Shown: piece by piece, positions 1 to 23,208 of the stretch | Layout: every line of letters starts with the position of its first letter | How positions within the stretch are numbered: the first letter of the stretch is position 1 | DNA from: Yuukianura sp. NJ FZ-2021 | Taxonomy: Eukaryota | DNA: 64,000 nt | Assembly (NCBI GenBank): GCA_046563655.1 | Contig: CM102288.1 | Location: forward strand, 1,550,001 to 1,614,000 | Direction of reading: 5' to 3' | Made by a program: the position numbers and the translations under genes | The notes under the pieces: model-generated | Told to the model about the DNA's origin: nothing | Databases searched by the model: none | The model's input: only the letters and a program-made list of their open reading frames with translations

Positions 1-1022
1 GACTTTAAATTTGACATGAGGTTAGCTGTCACAGCGTAACAAAAACATGCATGCATACACGAATTCCAAAATTCCACGAAACTAATCGTAAGTAAAACAT
101 AAAACAACAACTAACAAATAACCTTTGAAATCTGAAGGAAATCAACTGGAAGAGTGAATCTTGTTCAAGTTAATTAACTTGCACTGTTGCACTGTTACGG
201 CGAATAGCGCTTGGCGAATCGTTCGTCTCCATCAAAGCCATTTGATTCGTTGATGACGATGGCTACCTCAACAGCTCCGCAGCAGCTATTGAACTTGACC
301 TTTGACTTTACTTTCATTACACGACACATGAGCAGCAAACAACAACGATTATTTGTCGATTAAAATGAGAATAACAACAATACAACAGCTGCTGGCTGGT
401 AAATGAGTTGAGAGCGCGGGAAAAAATGTCAACAACAATGGCGTCAAATTTGAAATGTGAAATTGTGCTAAAAGTCTCACCTGATATGTTTTCATTCAAA
501 AACAGAATGGCGGGAAACTAATTTCGAAATTTAACACCTTTCCTCTTGAAACAAAAGTCCAACAAAAACTTCCTCACACATACTACCCGTTATCACTTTA
601 ATACACAGGTGGGCATTCATATATTTATTTATTTATATTATTATTATACTATGTCTTTTATTATTAATTACAACAATATTTAAAACTATTGCTGAATTAA
701 GCTAATTTAATAATTCAACTTAAAATAAAAGTTAAAATTAAATTTCATTACGCTAACTAAAATTTATACTTCAAAGCATTATATTAATATCAAAGCCCAT
801 ATCAGTAGTTCAGCCTGTGCTGGGTGTGTATGGCGTTCAAAGTAACGTTCGGTTGAACCACCGGAGTGAAAAAGTTTTAAAGGTTTATAAAAATTTTACA
901 TTTTGTTGATTTCTAATTCTAATTTGTTGATTTCATTTAAGATTTAACATTGTTGTTATTAATTTAAGTTAATTTTGAATTAATTAGTTATAACATTTTT
1001 AGTTACTAATTAAGGAAATCCA

Positions 1023-2440
1023 ATGGAGCTTCTGGTGGCGAACGTGGACAATGTCAAGTTTGATATTGAAGTTGCCCTTGAGCAACAACTTGGAGCATAC
1101 CCTCTCCCATTTGTTGGAATGGATAGTAAGTGCTAATTGTCGCAATTATGCAATTTATGGTTTATGAAGATGACATGAAGATGATATCATAATTTAATAA
1201 ATTAGAAATAAGTATTTTTGAAGCTTAGTTTAGTCATCAAGCTGTGGAAGGAATATAAAATTGTTGTGGTTTTTGTACAGAGTCAACAGCAGCCATTTGC
1301 GTATTTTTTGTGGAGGGAACCTGTTCGAAAGGAGCACAGTGTCCATTTCGTCATGTTCGCGGTGACAGGACTATCGTATGTAAGCACTGGCTAAGAGGTC
1401 TGTGCAAGAAGGGTGACCAGTGTGAATTTCTTCACGAGTACGATATGACCAAAATGCCTGAATGTTACTTCTATACTCGATTTAGTAAGCAATTCAAGTC
1501 CTATGACTAACGATTTTCTTGAACTTGTAATTCAATTTTTTTGTCCTGTCAGATGCGTGTCACAACAAGGAATGTCCTTTCCTCCACATTGACCCAGAGT
1601 CCAAAGTTAGACCCTGTCCGTGGTATGACCGAGGTTTTTGTCGCCATGGACCGAGCTGTCGTCATCGACATGTTCGTAAAGTGCTTTGTCTAAACTATTT
1701 GGCTGGTTTCTGTCCTGATGGCAAAGAATGCAAGTTCATGCAGTAAGTTTGAACTAAATATTTATCGACGGTGGCTTGATTCAACTTTTTCGTTTATCTT
1801 TTTAGCCCTCAGTTCGATCTTCCACAACTTGACGAGATGGCTAAGAACGCTAGAAAAGCAGGAATTATTTGTCATTTGTGCCAAGAGGTTGGGCACAAAT
1901 CCTACTCATGTCCCAAAAACCCTGAGAACGCCATGCATGTTGATGGCGAAGGGCCTCCAGAAGGTTCGGCTGGTGAAAGCGGAGATACTGGCGTCCCTCA
2001 AGGTGGCCCACCACGTCAACCGTCATCAGGAATGTACATGCACTCCGGTAGTGGAGGCGACATGCAGCAAGGGCCTCGACAGCAGCGTGGTGGTCACTTT
2101 CCAACTCCAGCCTACACACCATACCAGTTTCATCCGCGTCCAGCGTTTGGTAAACGAGAACAACGCTCGGATCGCGGAGACAAGTCTGAAGGCGGGGATG
2201 GACAGCACCACCGCAGAGCCCTTGAAGACGTCGTTTGCTATAAGGTGTGTAAAACGACGCTTGTTACAAGAAAACTGTTAAAAAATATGCTCGACAGACG
2301 GTAATTTTTTTTTTCAGTGCGGATATCGTGGACATTATGCCAACAAATGTGACAAGGGACACCTCGCCTTTTTATCTCACAAAGTTGGTCCTGGCGGTGG
2401 CAATTCACAGCCAAGAAGTGACCCACCTCCAGGAAAATAA
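1023..2440 (+). CDS. CPSF4: Cleavage and polyadenylation specificity factor subunit 4 (CPSF30 / Clipper); exons 1023-1125, 1281-1484, 1553-1742, 1806-2244, 2318-2440
   Basis: Spliced translation starts MELLVANVDNVKFDIEVALEQQLGAYPLPFVGMDKS. It has five CCCH fingers (e.g. CKHWLRGLCKKGDQCEFLHEYDMTKMPECYF; CPWYDRGFCRHGPSCRHRH) and two CCHC knuckles (CHLCQEVGHKSYSC; CYKCGYRGHYANKC). All introns are GT-AG and keep frame. Confidence 0.96.
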
Positions 2441-2699
2441 CAAGTCGTGACACCGTGTGAATTTCAGAGTCTATGCCTAATTTTCTAGACAACCAACGAC
2501 TAAGCTTATATACAGTAGTTATTTATTTGTAATCATATTTAACTAATTAAGTTGTCAATCGGGACACATAATGTGCTTGTTTTTAAGGATTGAACCTAAA
2601 CACTTAAACTTAACTTTGTAAAATAGAATAGTCTGAATGTCTTTTGTTCCAAATCCAACCAGGTTAGAAATCCATTGTTAAATATAATGTTAAGCGTAT

Positions 2700-12758
<10,059 letters not shown>

Positions 12759-14406
12759 TTTCAAGAAAAGTTGTATTTTGTAGAAAATTTGTGTTTGAAC
12801 AGGTGAAAACTTTGGAAAACCAGAATGTTAATTGTCTTTTCACACGAAACGTGTGCTAATTGCTGCTCCTCTTTGATAATAACTAAAACAGCTCCAAGGT
12901 TTTCACTTTCACTTTTCACTTCGTCTTGTTGAAATGAAACTTTGCTAGAAAATTTGGATTTTTAGACTAACAGGAGTAAAATTAAGAAGAGTGGTTCTGT
13001 CTGTCGATCAATCAAGACAATGATTAAGACAAGAGAAACCACTCAGGATATAAACTTTGTGCTCAATTTAAAGTTTTAGAACAAGATTTTTGAAACAAAG
13101 TTTTTAAAGAGGCTTTTCTTTTGCAAAGGATTTTCTGTTTCCAAAAACTTAACTTCCGTCACTACCATTGTCATTCCGGAAATCGATCTTGAAATTAAAA
13201 CTAAACTGAAAAGTAGTAAAACACAATGCATAATTTTCTCTTTGCACCTTAACTTTTCAAAATTCTTAAACAATTTTCAACTTTTGTAAGTTTTCGAAAA
13301 GAAAGTTTTAATTTGAGTTTGTAATTAACTGAAACAGTTAACACTTTGTTGATGAGACAAATGAACACGAAGTCTTATAAAGATTTACAGATTTCGTGCA
13401 AACTTTTGTTCTCAAACTTGTAGTTTTCATTTGTTCAAATATTCAAAAAGTTCTTTCAAATTTTCTGAAAATTTCCAAGTAATCCTTTGTACTTGTATTA
13501 AAACCTGTTCTGGGAATAGTGTTTTACAAATGTCGTAAAAACACTAACGTTCCGTGTCACCAGCGACAACCGTGCGACTTCTGCGGGCTTCCAGCAAGGA
13601 ATGAGCCGAGAGTGAAAGTAGTGAAAGCAGTTTCACCAAAAAATTAAAAAAAAAACACAGATATGCAAAAACCTAACCAGTTTCCGCCTGCGTTTAACTT
13701 CCGGAATAATTTAGGGTTTCATAAGCACCCGTTTATGGTTTTGGAGTGACAATCTATGATGACCTTAACATTTTTACGGATTTACGATTTTACGAAATGA
13801 CGATACGAACCAAAAAGCTTCCTTTTCAATTTTCACCGAAGCAAGAACATAATGTTACAGATTTTGATGAACTGTTTTTGAAGTGTGTACTGACACCGCA
13901 CTCTTTTTGAAAGTTGTTGTTTTTGGGTAAACATAGGAAACATTATGTTATTTGTTAGGTTAGACAAGCAAAAGTGGGGAGTCGCTGGAAGGGGGGAGGG
14001 GGCTGGAAGCGATGTCGCTGCATAAACAGTACTTCGGAAGGAAAAGTGTCGCAAATAGGAGCGGAGAGCAAAGTTAATCCACTTTTTACTTGACAGTTTC
14101 TTGTTCTGCTGTAGTGACAGCAACAGGTATCGATCTTCATTTCGCTTGAATATTTCATGACAGCACTTTTCTAACTTACAAAATTTCAAACAAAAGTCAC
14201 ACTTTTTGTTTTTTCGTGATTGCTTTTGGTAAGGAATTTTGAAGTTCATTTTCCGCCGCAGAAATGTCAAAGGTCAAGGTTCAGCGCCAGGAAAAAAACG
14301 CATGTAGTCAGTGCCGCAGAAATTGTGTAAATAAATCCATAGATTATTACTCCGTTCGAAACGACATTACTGATGGTGAATTCATTTATTAATTGAATTG
14401 AATGAG

Positions 14407-15962
14407 TTAAACAATTAGTTGATCCTGTTCCGGTTGATACTTTTGGAGGTTGAGGGCAGAGGCAGAGGAATCGTTTTGGTTTGGGTCCTGGTTCTGAAGC
14501 GGTAGCGGAGGAGGCATGTCGGAGTCAGGGGTCAAGAGGTCAACTGGATCCAAATTGACCAAGGAGTCTCCAAGTACAAAGTTCTCCGAAGTCGTTTCTT
14601 CTCGAAGAGGAACAACCGCTGGCCCTTCCGTTTCCGGTGGATCGTCATCTGCCAAGGACAGGAGATCGCCTACTGCTTCCGGTAGTTTCGGATGTAAATT
14701 GGAAGTAGACAGTATCGGTGGAACTGCGTTTCTTCCGTAAGCTGAGTTTCCGGAAGCAATGACCTCGGGGTCAAGACCAATGATACGGTACAGTGTGATG
14801 ATTGGCAGAAATACTTGGCCAGTTTTTGGATTCACGCCCTTGAATTTGAAACAAAGAAAATTATTAAGAATTCTTGAGAACAAGTTCAGTTAAGGAATAT
14901 CGAATCATTGGCATTTCTGTGTACGATAAAAGAGAAAAAAATAGAGTGCAAAATAAGTTTCTTACTTTAATAAAAGTAATTTGGAAGGGAGCTGTTCGAA
15001 CTTTTTTAAACAGTGCGTCCAGTTTGGAACCGAAGCAGTGTCTGAGGTACACTCCGTTGATTTCGTCCAGCACATCACCGATTCCTATCAAATCTTCCTG
15101 AAAAAATAAAAGAAAGTTTAAAATTTTGGAAGAATTTGTGAAAACATGTTGCAATTAACTTACAATTTCAGCTGCACAACTGTTTTGAATGATTTCTACT
15201 ATGAGGGGAAATCCCATTGCGAAACCCAGCGTCACTCCGAGTCTGTCGCATGGCACCATGTCCACCTTGACTCGAACGCCTAGCTGCCAAGACTCGTCCA
15301 AGAAAGCGGAGTTGGCCAAATCGAACGGAAATGCATACAAACTGAGTTGCTGGACCAGGGACAGCAGAATCCGTGAAAGGATTTCATGGCCGAGGATGGA
15401 CGCCTTGGGGTCATAGGTCACGCGAGCACTTAGGTCATTGTAGTCTTCATTTTCAACGTGAAATTGGATTGGAACATCAAGGCATCGGCGTTTCAAGCAA
15501 GTTCTGATGAGCAGTCGGAGCTTGCCGAGCGGAGTTTTCGTCTTACAGTTGCCAAGTACTTCTTCAAAGGCGACCTTGAACACGAGTGGAATAGTTCTAG
15601 AACAGAAAAGAAACTTAGTTTAATATTCAACACATTTGACCTTAGTTTTGTCGTGACCTTTGACCTCACCTTTGATATTTTCTGACTAGCTGGTACAACC
15701 ATTGAAATGGATCGGCCTTCCAAGGTGTAAAACCATCTCGTCTTAAAATTCCTTTGCAGAAGATTCGTTCTAGTGACAGGCAGAGGGAGATGACCAGCTC
15801 GTCGTTGTCGTTAAAGGGCCCCCCTGATCCAGAAAGTACCAATGTAGCAATGCGACCTAAAGCATTAACAGGGAAAAGTTTAGCAAAATGCAAGATTTTA
15901 ACAAAAAATTAATGTTTTTAGTTACCTTTGAGATCTTGCAGAAGAGGGTCACGCAAGGTCAT
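14407..15962 (-). CDS. Uncharacterised RUN-domain protein with a C-terminal PDZ-like domain (multi-exon)
   Basis: Short first exon MTLRDPLLQDLK(G|gt). RUN-like blocks: ISLCLSLERIFCKGI, KTPLGKLRLLIRTCLKRRCL, YDPKASILGHEILSRILLSLV. PDZ-like blocks: RLGVTLGFAMGFPLIVEIIQNSCAAE, IGIGDVLDEINGVYL. Acidic Pro-rich tail to the stop at 14407. The start codon is inferred. Confidence 0.75.
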
Positions 15963-16475
15963 TCCTAAAGGTCAAGCTAAAAGTTGCCATGGAATGATTC
16001 AAACAAGGAAATTCTTAAACTTACTTGCTAAAATTCACTTTTTCCTACGACTAATACTAAAGGACTCCAGAAAATCAATAGTTTCAGGCATTCGCACATT
16101 GTGGAACTTCTTTCCTTGTGGTTTTCTCATCAAATTGATATTTTGACACAAATCCAAAAAGTTGTGGTATGGAATTATTACTGTTTAGTTTTGAGCACAA
16201 ACCGCAGCCGTGGCAAATGTACGAAGCAGAGGTCATTAAAAGTGTATCGCTTTTAAGATTCTTTAAAAAATGCCCTAAAATTGAACGCAACCGGGACCTA
16301 AAAATCAGAAACCTCGCAAATTAAACTTTGATCAAATCAATTTTTTAATTAGTTTTTTTTTTAAATGAGAACTGAATAAACGTAAAAAAACGTACATCAT
16401 TGTTGTAGGTCGGCGGGAAGAAAGAGAACCACGTTATGAAATTGATGCGCGGGAATGTTAAATCAAAGTCTAAGT

Positions 16476-17903
16476 TCAACTGGATTCTTCAGAAGAGTCA
16501 ACCTTACGACGACGTCGCTTCTTTGCCTTGTTGGACCCTTGGCTTCTCGTTTTCTTGACAATGGGCATCGGCTCATCTTCGTCCTCTTCTTCTTCTTGGT
16601 CAGCGGCTGGACTTTGGCCAACATCCATGTTAGTAGCTGGACTCTCTTCACTTCCTCCTCCAGCTTGATTGTTTTCATAATCAAACGTTTCTGTATCTCG
16701 CACTCGAACGATCATTGAATTGTCTTCCCAAGAAACTTTGCACTGAGGATTCGGACAAAGGGCGGCAGCAGAGACGTTTTGCAAATCTGTCAAGTAGCGT
16801 TTATAGCAATGTACATGGATGGCCACATGACAGTTTGAACAGAGCAGTCCCTAGAATTAAAAAATCTTTTTGAACAGCTCAAGTATTTCTGCTCTAAAGT
16901 ATTATCGAACAAGCAAACTTTTTTTCTTACGTGTAGAAGTGTTGATTTACAGAGACAGCAATTGGCCAAGAACTCGCCGTAACAGTCACGCAAAAGGGGT
17001 TCAAGTTCGCGAAGTCCCCTTATTCCTACCGTAATGTTAAACTCGTCACCCTGGAGAGGACAGTAGGATGTTATGAATTGAATTAGATTGTGCGACAACA
17101 GAATTCTCAAACCTCAAGAGGAAACTCGGTCAAATACTTTGTGTCCAGCATCTTTCTCAGGAATACTTCCGCTTGAGTTATGTTTCCTTTCACTTCGACT
17201 TCGCTAGTGAGATTGATACACTCCGTAAATGGAACAGTAAAAGTCGGGTACTTCCGGAAAATCTAGAACATTGAGGCGGATTGAACAAAATATCCTACTA
17301 TTAGGTAATACAGTTACGAGTTGGATGAAGAAAAATATGTACCCATTTTGAAATTACTTACAGTATCGATTACTTTTTGCAACAATGCGATCTCAAATGC
17401 AGAAAAAAGTGTTTGCAACCTGCAACAAATGGTTTTGTGATGTCACTGATAATCAACTCAAGTAAATTATAAATTGATATAAGTCGGCTTTAAATTACTT
17501 CATAAGTGGTTTCTCGACTGTTATTAGAAACATGTAGTACTTCTCTCCAGTCAGCTCGCAAGACGCGCTGCGTATCGCCATGTCAAATGGTTTGATTTTG
17601 TCATTGATATCTCGCATAACCTTTTGAACTGAAACAACAAAAAATCACAGAGACGTACTATGTACTAGAACGTAAAAATCCGCCATTCTTTGATCATGAT
17701 TAAGTACCGTATGGCATTGGAATTCTTCCATGCACGTCTACCTCCAGGTAAGACCGGGCAGCGCTAAACAGTTTCTTGACTCCTTTCGCATCCAGTATCC
17801 CAGCGGACATCATTCCCTGCAGTACCAAACGATGCATGTCGTCGTACTCACCGGCACCTACACTTCCAGCAGATCCAGAAGTGCCAGCTCCAGTAGTGTC
17901 CAT
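16476..17903 (-). CDS. NSMCE1: Non-structural maintenance of chromosomes element 1 (Nse1, SMC5/6 complex RING subunit); 6 coding exons
   Basis: YDDMHRLVLQGMMSAGIL; INDKIKPFDMAIRSASCELTGEKYY; TVGIRGLRELEPLL; RING-like CCLC...CSNCHVAIHVHC...CPNPQCKVSW; acidic/basic tail. Splice sites are GT-AG and in frame. Confidence 0.88.
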
Positions 17904-18412
17904 GCTTCCTATTCTCAAAGTTAAAAACCAACATCATGAAGAATTCATTGACTAGAACTTATTTTATTCTATAATTGTAATTGTAATTATCTCTGGGATT
18001 CTTCAACTCATCGACATCTTACCAGCTCCCTTCCGCAGATAAAACGAATTCTTGGGATTGACGTGTGCTATTAGTAATTAGATCATTAACTGATTCAATT
18101 AATTGTTAAAGTTTTTAGTTCATGCGGATGCGACTTCGAAAAAATGTCCTTTGTTTATTTCGTTTTCATAAACATGAAAAAACCAAACCCGGGAACAAAC
18201 TAGAAGCTACCACAAGGTCCCCTTTACATACACTCAATGGGCAACGGATACCTATACTTTAGTGCAAATGGGAATTTACCGAATGCATATCTTCAATCAA
18301 TTTAACTTTTTGTTACTAATTCTTTAACACTAATTGCAGCAGTTGTTTTATGGGTATATTACAATTGCTTCTAATGTTGAATACGACAACAACAATTACT
18401 AAAACGATGTTA

Positions 18413-19385
18413 CCGTAAATGCTCTAATATAAGCGCGCCGCTTATAAGAATTCTCGGCCTTTCGGGCGCGCTTCTATTGGAACACTATTTATTACCGGAA
18501 TAATTAATAAGTTTTAAGTGAGCCAAAATTCAATTAATAGTTATCCCATTCGTCGCTGGTGTCACTGTTGCTTTCTTCAAAGCTTTCAAGGTTAGATTCC
18601 AAAATGACGATTTCTTGTTTTCATCCAGCCGTTTTTGCCGCTTGAAATTTCTACGTTTTTAAATTTCGTCTTCAGGACTCTGACTTCATGGACTCCTTGT
18701 TTAAAAACATCGTAGGGTTTTAATTTGACGCCATCAGCACGAGCAGCGAGAACAACAGTGGCATGAGCCTTTTCACTTCCTTAAAAAATGAAATTTGAAA
18801 TATGAAAAGTCGAGAATTGCAATGGTTATAAATACTTAACATAGCGGTAGTCTTGAGTGATATAGATTTCGTTCCATTCCATTTGTGTCCACTGTAGTGT
18901 TACTTAGCAAAGATATTTCAGTCTCGTCCATGGCAATATTTGTGTTGGAAATTTTACTCGTAACAGCGAGGTTGGAAGTGTACATGACAAACTCGAGTCG
19001 TAAGCTAAAATTAGTTAAATTTTTACCAATTTTATCATTTTGCTTCAGCCAACTGAAGACTTGTTTTTGTTGTATTCCGAAGTGAGCTGCGGTACCATCC
19101 GTGGTATTAGTGGAAGTGTACTGAACCACTTTTCACTTAAAACTGAGATCAAGCGATCGTCTTTTAGGTTTCACCATTTTTAAAACTTGTATTTATGTGC
19201 TACACTTTGATTTGAATCAAATTAGCAACATAGAAGTTAAACAGATGATGTCACTTTGCTCTAGGCTCTGTTTTAAACTCAAGTTAGCTACCGCGCTTAT
19301 ATCGCAATTTGCCCCCGCTCAAACCGCGCTTGCATTAGAGTATGCGCTTATATTAGAATACGCGCTTGCATTAGAGCATTTACGG
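18413..19385. mobile_element. Non-autonomous pogo/Tc2-like (Tc1/mariner superfamily) DNA transposon, internally deleted
   Basis: TA|CCGTAAATGCTCTAAT ... ATTAGAGCATTTACGG|TA terminal inverted repeats with TA flanks. Subterminal repeats GCGCTT(G/A)(C/T)ATTAGA at 19326-19377. Contains an HTH remnant. Confidence 0.85.
19027..19177 (-). pseudogene. Transposase N-terminal HTH remnant (pogo/Brinker-like DNA-binding domain) with an in-frame stop
   Basis: Translates MVKPKRRSLDLSFK*KVVQYTSTNTTDGTAAHFGIQQKQVFSWLKQNDKI, matching the RRSYxxxFKLKVV...AAxxFGI...V..W.KQ pattern. No DDE domain seen. Confidence 0.7.
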
Positions 19386-19744
19386 TAAATCATAATTTAA
19401 GGAGAGACTGGAGGTCAATAAAAAATAACGCCAAAAAACGTTTTGTAGACATGGCAACGACTGAGAATTTAGAAATTACACACCACGTAATCATGCAAAA
19501 CCCGAACGGATGTATTCTTTACGACTGAAATTTTGCACAACCCATGATAACTCGCCAATCGCTGTCTAGCTGACAACTGACTGACGAGAGAATGAATAAA
19601 AGAACAAAGAACGAAACTGCCTCCTTTTGAATTTTCAAAATCAAAATTCCCACTTGATTCTCAGTTCGCCCCAGCTTACAGTTGCGCAGTCTGTAAACAG
19701 TAAACTGTAAACAACAAAATCATGAACTTTGACCCATTCTTCTA

Positions 19745-20048
19745 GTGCACTTCCTGCGTGATTGGTATGACGCTCAGAAAACTACGACCACACTTTTCGC
19801 ATTAGCTAACGCTGCTAATCAATGCAGCAGGCAGTTTTTTTACGAATTTTCAGATGCTTTGCCGTAGGAGGCAAAGTAAGGCAAAATTCCATGATTTCTC
19901 AAATATCTTCCAGAAATCCTTTGATTTCTGGAGGAAAGGTTAAATTTTCGTGGAAAAGGTGTCTGCTGCGTTAGTTAGCAGAGTCTGCTACTACGGAAAG
20001 TGTGGTCGTAGTTTTCTGAGCGTCGTACCAATCACGCTGGAAGTGCAC
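19745..20048. mobile_element. ~300-bp MITE-like foldback with ~90-bp imperfect inverted repeats
   Basis: GTGCACTTCCTGCGTGATTGGTATGACGCTCAGAAAACTACGACCACACTTT is mirrored by AAAGTGTGGTCGTAGTTTTCTGAGCGTCGTACCAATCACGCTGGAAGTGCAC. No clear TSD. Confidence 0.75.
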
Positions 20049-20266
20049 GAAAAGCCCTACAGAAAATCGTATCTAACGAATTCCTCCAACCACACGTTAA
20101 ATTCATTATATGCCCAACTATGCATAATTCTGTCTTTCGTAATGCCGCAAAAAACAGTTTGTCAAACCAACAACCAATTGTCATCAATTTGTGATCAAGT
20201 GCAATCTATTTTAATCAGAACGAGCGAAATGGAATTCCTCGTTGCATAGATTAGTTTGAGTCAATA

Positions 20267-20535
20267 ATTGACTATAATTGTACTATAACCTTTAAGTTAT
20301 TGTAACAATAATTATTATAGTCAATTGTACCATAATCTACAAATTATCGTAGTAATAATTATAGTAAACTGTACTATAATCTATAAATTCTTGTAGTTAT
20401 AATTATAGTCAATTATACTATAATCTATAAATTATCGTAGTTATAATTATAGTCAGTTGTACTATAATCTACAAGTTATCGTAGTTAAAATTATAGTCAG
20501 TTGTACGATAATCTACAAATTATCTTAGCAATAGT
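20267..20535. repeat. 44-bp AT-rich minisatellite, about 6 copies
   Basis: Unit ATTATAGTCAATTGTACTATAATCTACAAATTATCGTAGTTATA (consensus by eye) starts at 20314, 20358, 20402, 20446 and 20490, with a degenerate copy before. Confidence 0.9.
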
Positions 20536-23208
20536 TAGTTTTAATTATGATTACTATAATTAGCATTATGTTGGTACGAATTAAATGTTTTAAAAGATGT
20601 ATCGAACGGTTGACATAAGAGACCAGAAAAATAGAGTTGACTGATCCAATCCCGGAAGGCTTGAAGAAGCCGACATCTGCATGTCTCTTCCTCCGGTTTT
20701 TTTTTTATTGTGAATCAGCACTCAGTCCTCAATTCAATTTTTTCTGCACATTATCAGTGGGTGGGTGAAAAAAAAATTCGCGAAAACATAACAAATGAGA
20801 AGCAAGCTCAATTGGCAAGTACGGATTGTAAAGTTATCGAAGAATTGCCGATTTGAACTCATTCTGACAGGACAGTCATCAATCAAATATCAGTCAGCAA
20901 TTTAGCAGCAGATGATCGACGGCCGTTCTGTCAAGGCCACGAACTTCATCGATGAGGATTCTTTGAGCAGCATGTAACTTCGGAATTCGGATCATTTCAC
21001 TGCTAACTTAATCATAAACTGGTAAGTTACTGCATTTCTTTCCTGTGTATCAATATCTGGAGTCCAGACGTTGAACTGACTGAGTCATTACGTTTTTACA
21101 AACTTAAGTGTTGGTATAATTTGTGTACTCTGAATTCGGTAATTCGGCAACATTAAAATGAACTCTAATTCTTTTGCTAGGTTTCCTGCTTGGCTCTGGG
21201 GCATTAGTCGAGGTGAAGCTCAGTTAATTAACTATTAGAAGTTCGCATCAGCGCAGCGGAACTGGACTGCTGATCAGCGAATCAGACTCTTAAGCGGAAT
21301 GTGTGACATCGGAGTCACTGTAAACATATAAACGATATAGCAGAAGACATTTTAGCAGAGCGGATACTTCATTTCAGTATCAGTACTCAAGGTTCCGTTC
21401 CAAGAATACGAGTAATCAGTTCCGGTCTTCGACAGCAAGCTTATTCTCAAAGATTCGTGTTATATTCATCGTTCTGAAGCCTTAATCCATCCCGTGCTGG
21501 CTACTAACTTCAGGTAAGTATTAACTAAACTGACTTTTGCTTTGCTTAAACTTTAAAAGTTCTTATCATTTGTTCCAATAACTATCTGATTCATGAAAAG
21601 TTCATTTCCCTGCACAGAATTAGGTCGGTCTGGGTAGGAGTTTTGTTGCGATTCTGAAGGGACAACAAGAATCCATTGTTTGAGTATGTGTTGCAAGTCG
21701 GATCTTTCCATAACTTCTCATAGTCCACTAGTCCTGTTGTCAAGTGCTAATATTTATCTTTGTGTCTTCTTTGTGTGTAGACGTAGAGGGAGATCCAAGG
21801 TCACAGAGATCACAAATTATCATGTTTTGTTGAAGTTTTTTTTTGACATCCCAGTTGTTCGCCGCTTTCTAAGTAATTGTCAGCATTTTAAGGTTGAAGG
21901 ACATACGAAGTGCAAGAAGCGTAGACAGCAGTAATCGATTGTGATGTTAATAGTTGGACTAATTTGATAAAATGTCATCATTTTGCACATTCTCCATGCA
22001 TGACTGCTTCTCCTTGCATTAGTTCAATCTTATTCTTGACATTTGCTTTTTAGTAGGGTCAGGGCATGACAGGGCAAATAAGCAAATCTCTTCATTTGTC
22101 ATTTAACTTAAAGTTAAATCATACTTGGCCTCACTCAAGAAATTAAATGGGATGTAAAGGGAGCTTGAGGCAACTTTTCTTCGAGAATATTAAAAAGGAA
22201 GACGCTTTGTCGTATTTGTCTTAAATCTTAAATAACTGTTGTGTTAATTCTTCAAAGCGTGGGAAGTTTCTGGTAATTTAATGCAGACTGGTCGTGTTAT
22301 TCCTACACTTCAGTTTTTGCAATAACAATTTTTGTCAGTTTTTGTATAGTAGTAAGTGGAGTGACACACAAGTGTTAGTGTGTATGCAGTGAATCAGTGG
22401 AGCTCAATTGTCGTTTTGTCACTTTGGGTCAAGTGGTTACCTTCTGCTGATGCTGTTAGCATCGTCTGTGCAGATTTAGCAAAATTCAGCACATCAGTAC
22501 ATCAGTTTTGGTTCAAGAATTTGCAACAACATGATGGACGAGGATGGTGGGGTCGTCTTTTTGTTGTGGGAGGGCGTAGGAGGTTAGAAGTATTCATAAA
22601 TCCATGCAACATCCTACCTATTGTTTTACTTGACCTCCCATCCTAACTATTATTTCCCCTGCTTTATGAACTGAACTTAAAAGTGTATCTGACAATTGCA
22701 AAAAATGGAATTGGCAAAAATCATGACGGTTTTTCTGGTGGTGAGGTGATGATAAAGTGGTAATGGATTTTCATATCTCGAAATAATCAGGTCATATTTT
22801 AAAGCTTTGTTTTCGCAAAAACCTATTTTTTAGTTTGAGTTTGTGATTGAATGATTTATGCCAAAATTTAAAAATTTAATAGACAGAGGAGAGTGATTCT
22901 AATTTGCCGTGAAAAATAAATAATTTTTGTGTGCGATTTTAGTTCCAGATGAAAAAAAATAATTAAAATTAGGCCTCAATTGAGCGTGTGGTGTTAAATT
23001 TTTATTGAGTGGAGTTGAAAATGAAATTGTTGGAAAATTTTTATAAGGTAATACTCGATTTCGTTGTTACTTTTTAGTTTACTTTTTTTTAGTGTTTTGT
23101 GAATGTGATTCTTGTTTTCTTTCGTTCAAGTGCAATGGCACCTATCGCTTTCGTTTTCGCTTTTGGTTTTGATTGGATTTTGTTCCGGGTTTTGTTTTAA
23201 AGTGTAAA

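Noticed and set aside
1..540. Possible 5' exon of a neighbouring minus-strand gene (donor-like AG|gtatt near 120)
   Set aside because: No recognisable coding sequence within the window; unverifiable.
1718..2492. Alternative-frame and antisense ORFs over CPSF4
   Set aside because: Shadows of the real spliced CPSF4 exons; no recognisable motifs.
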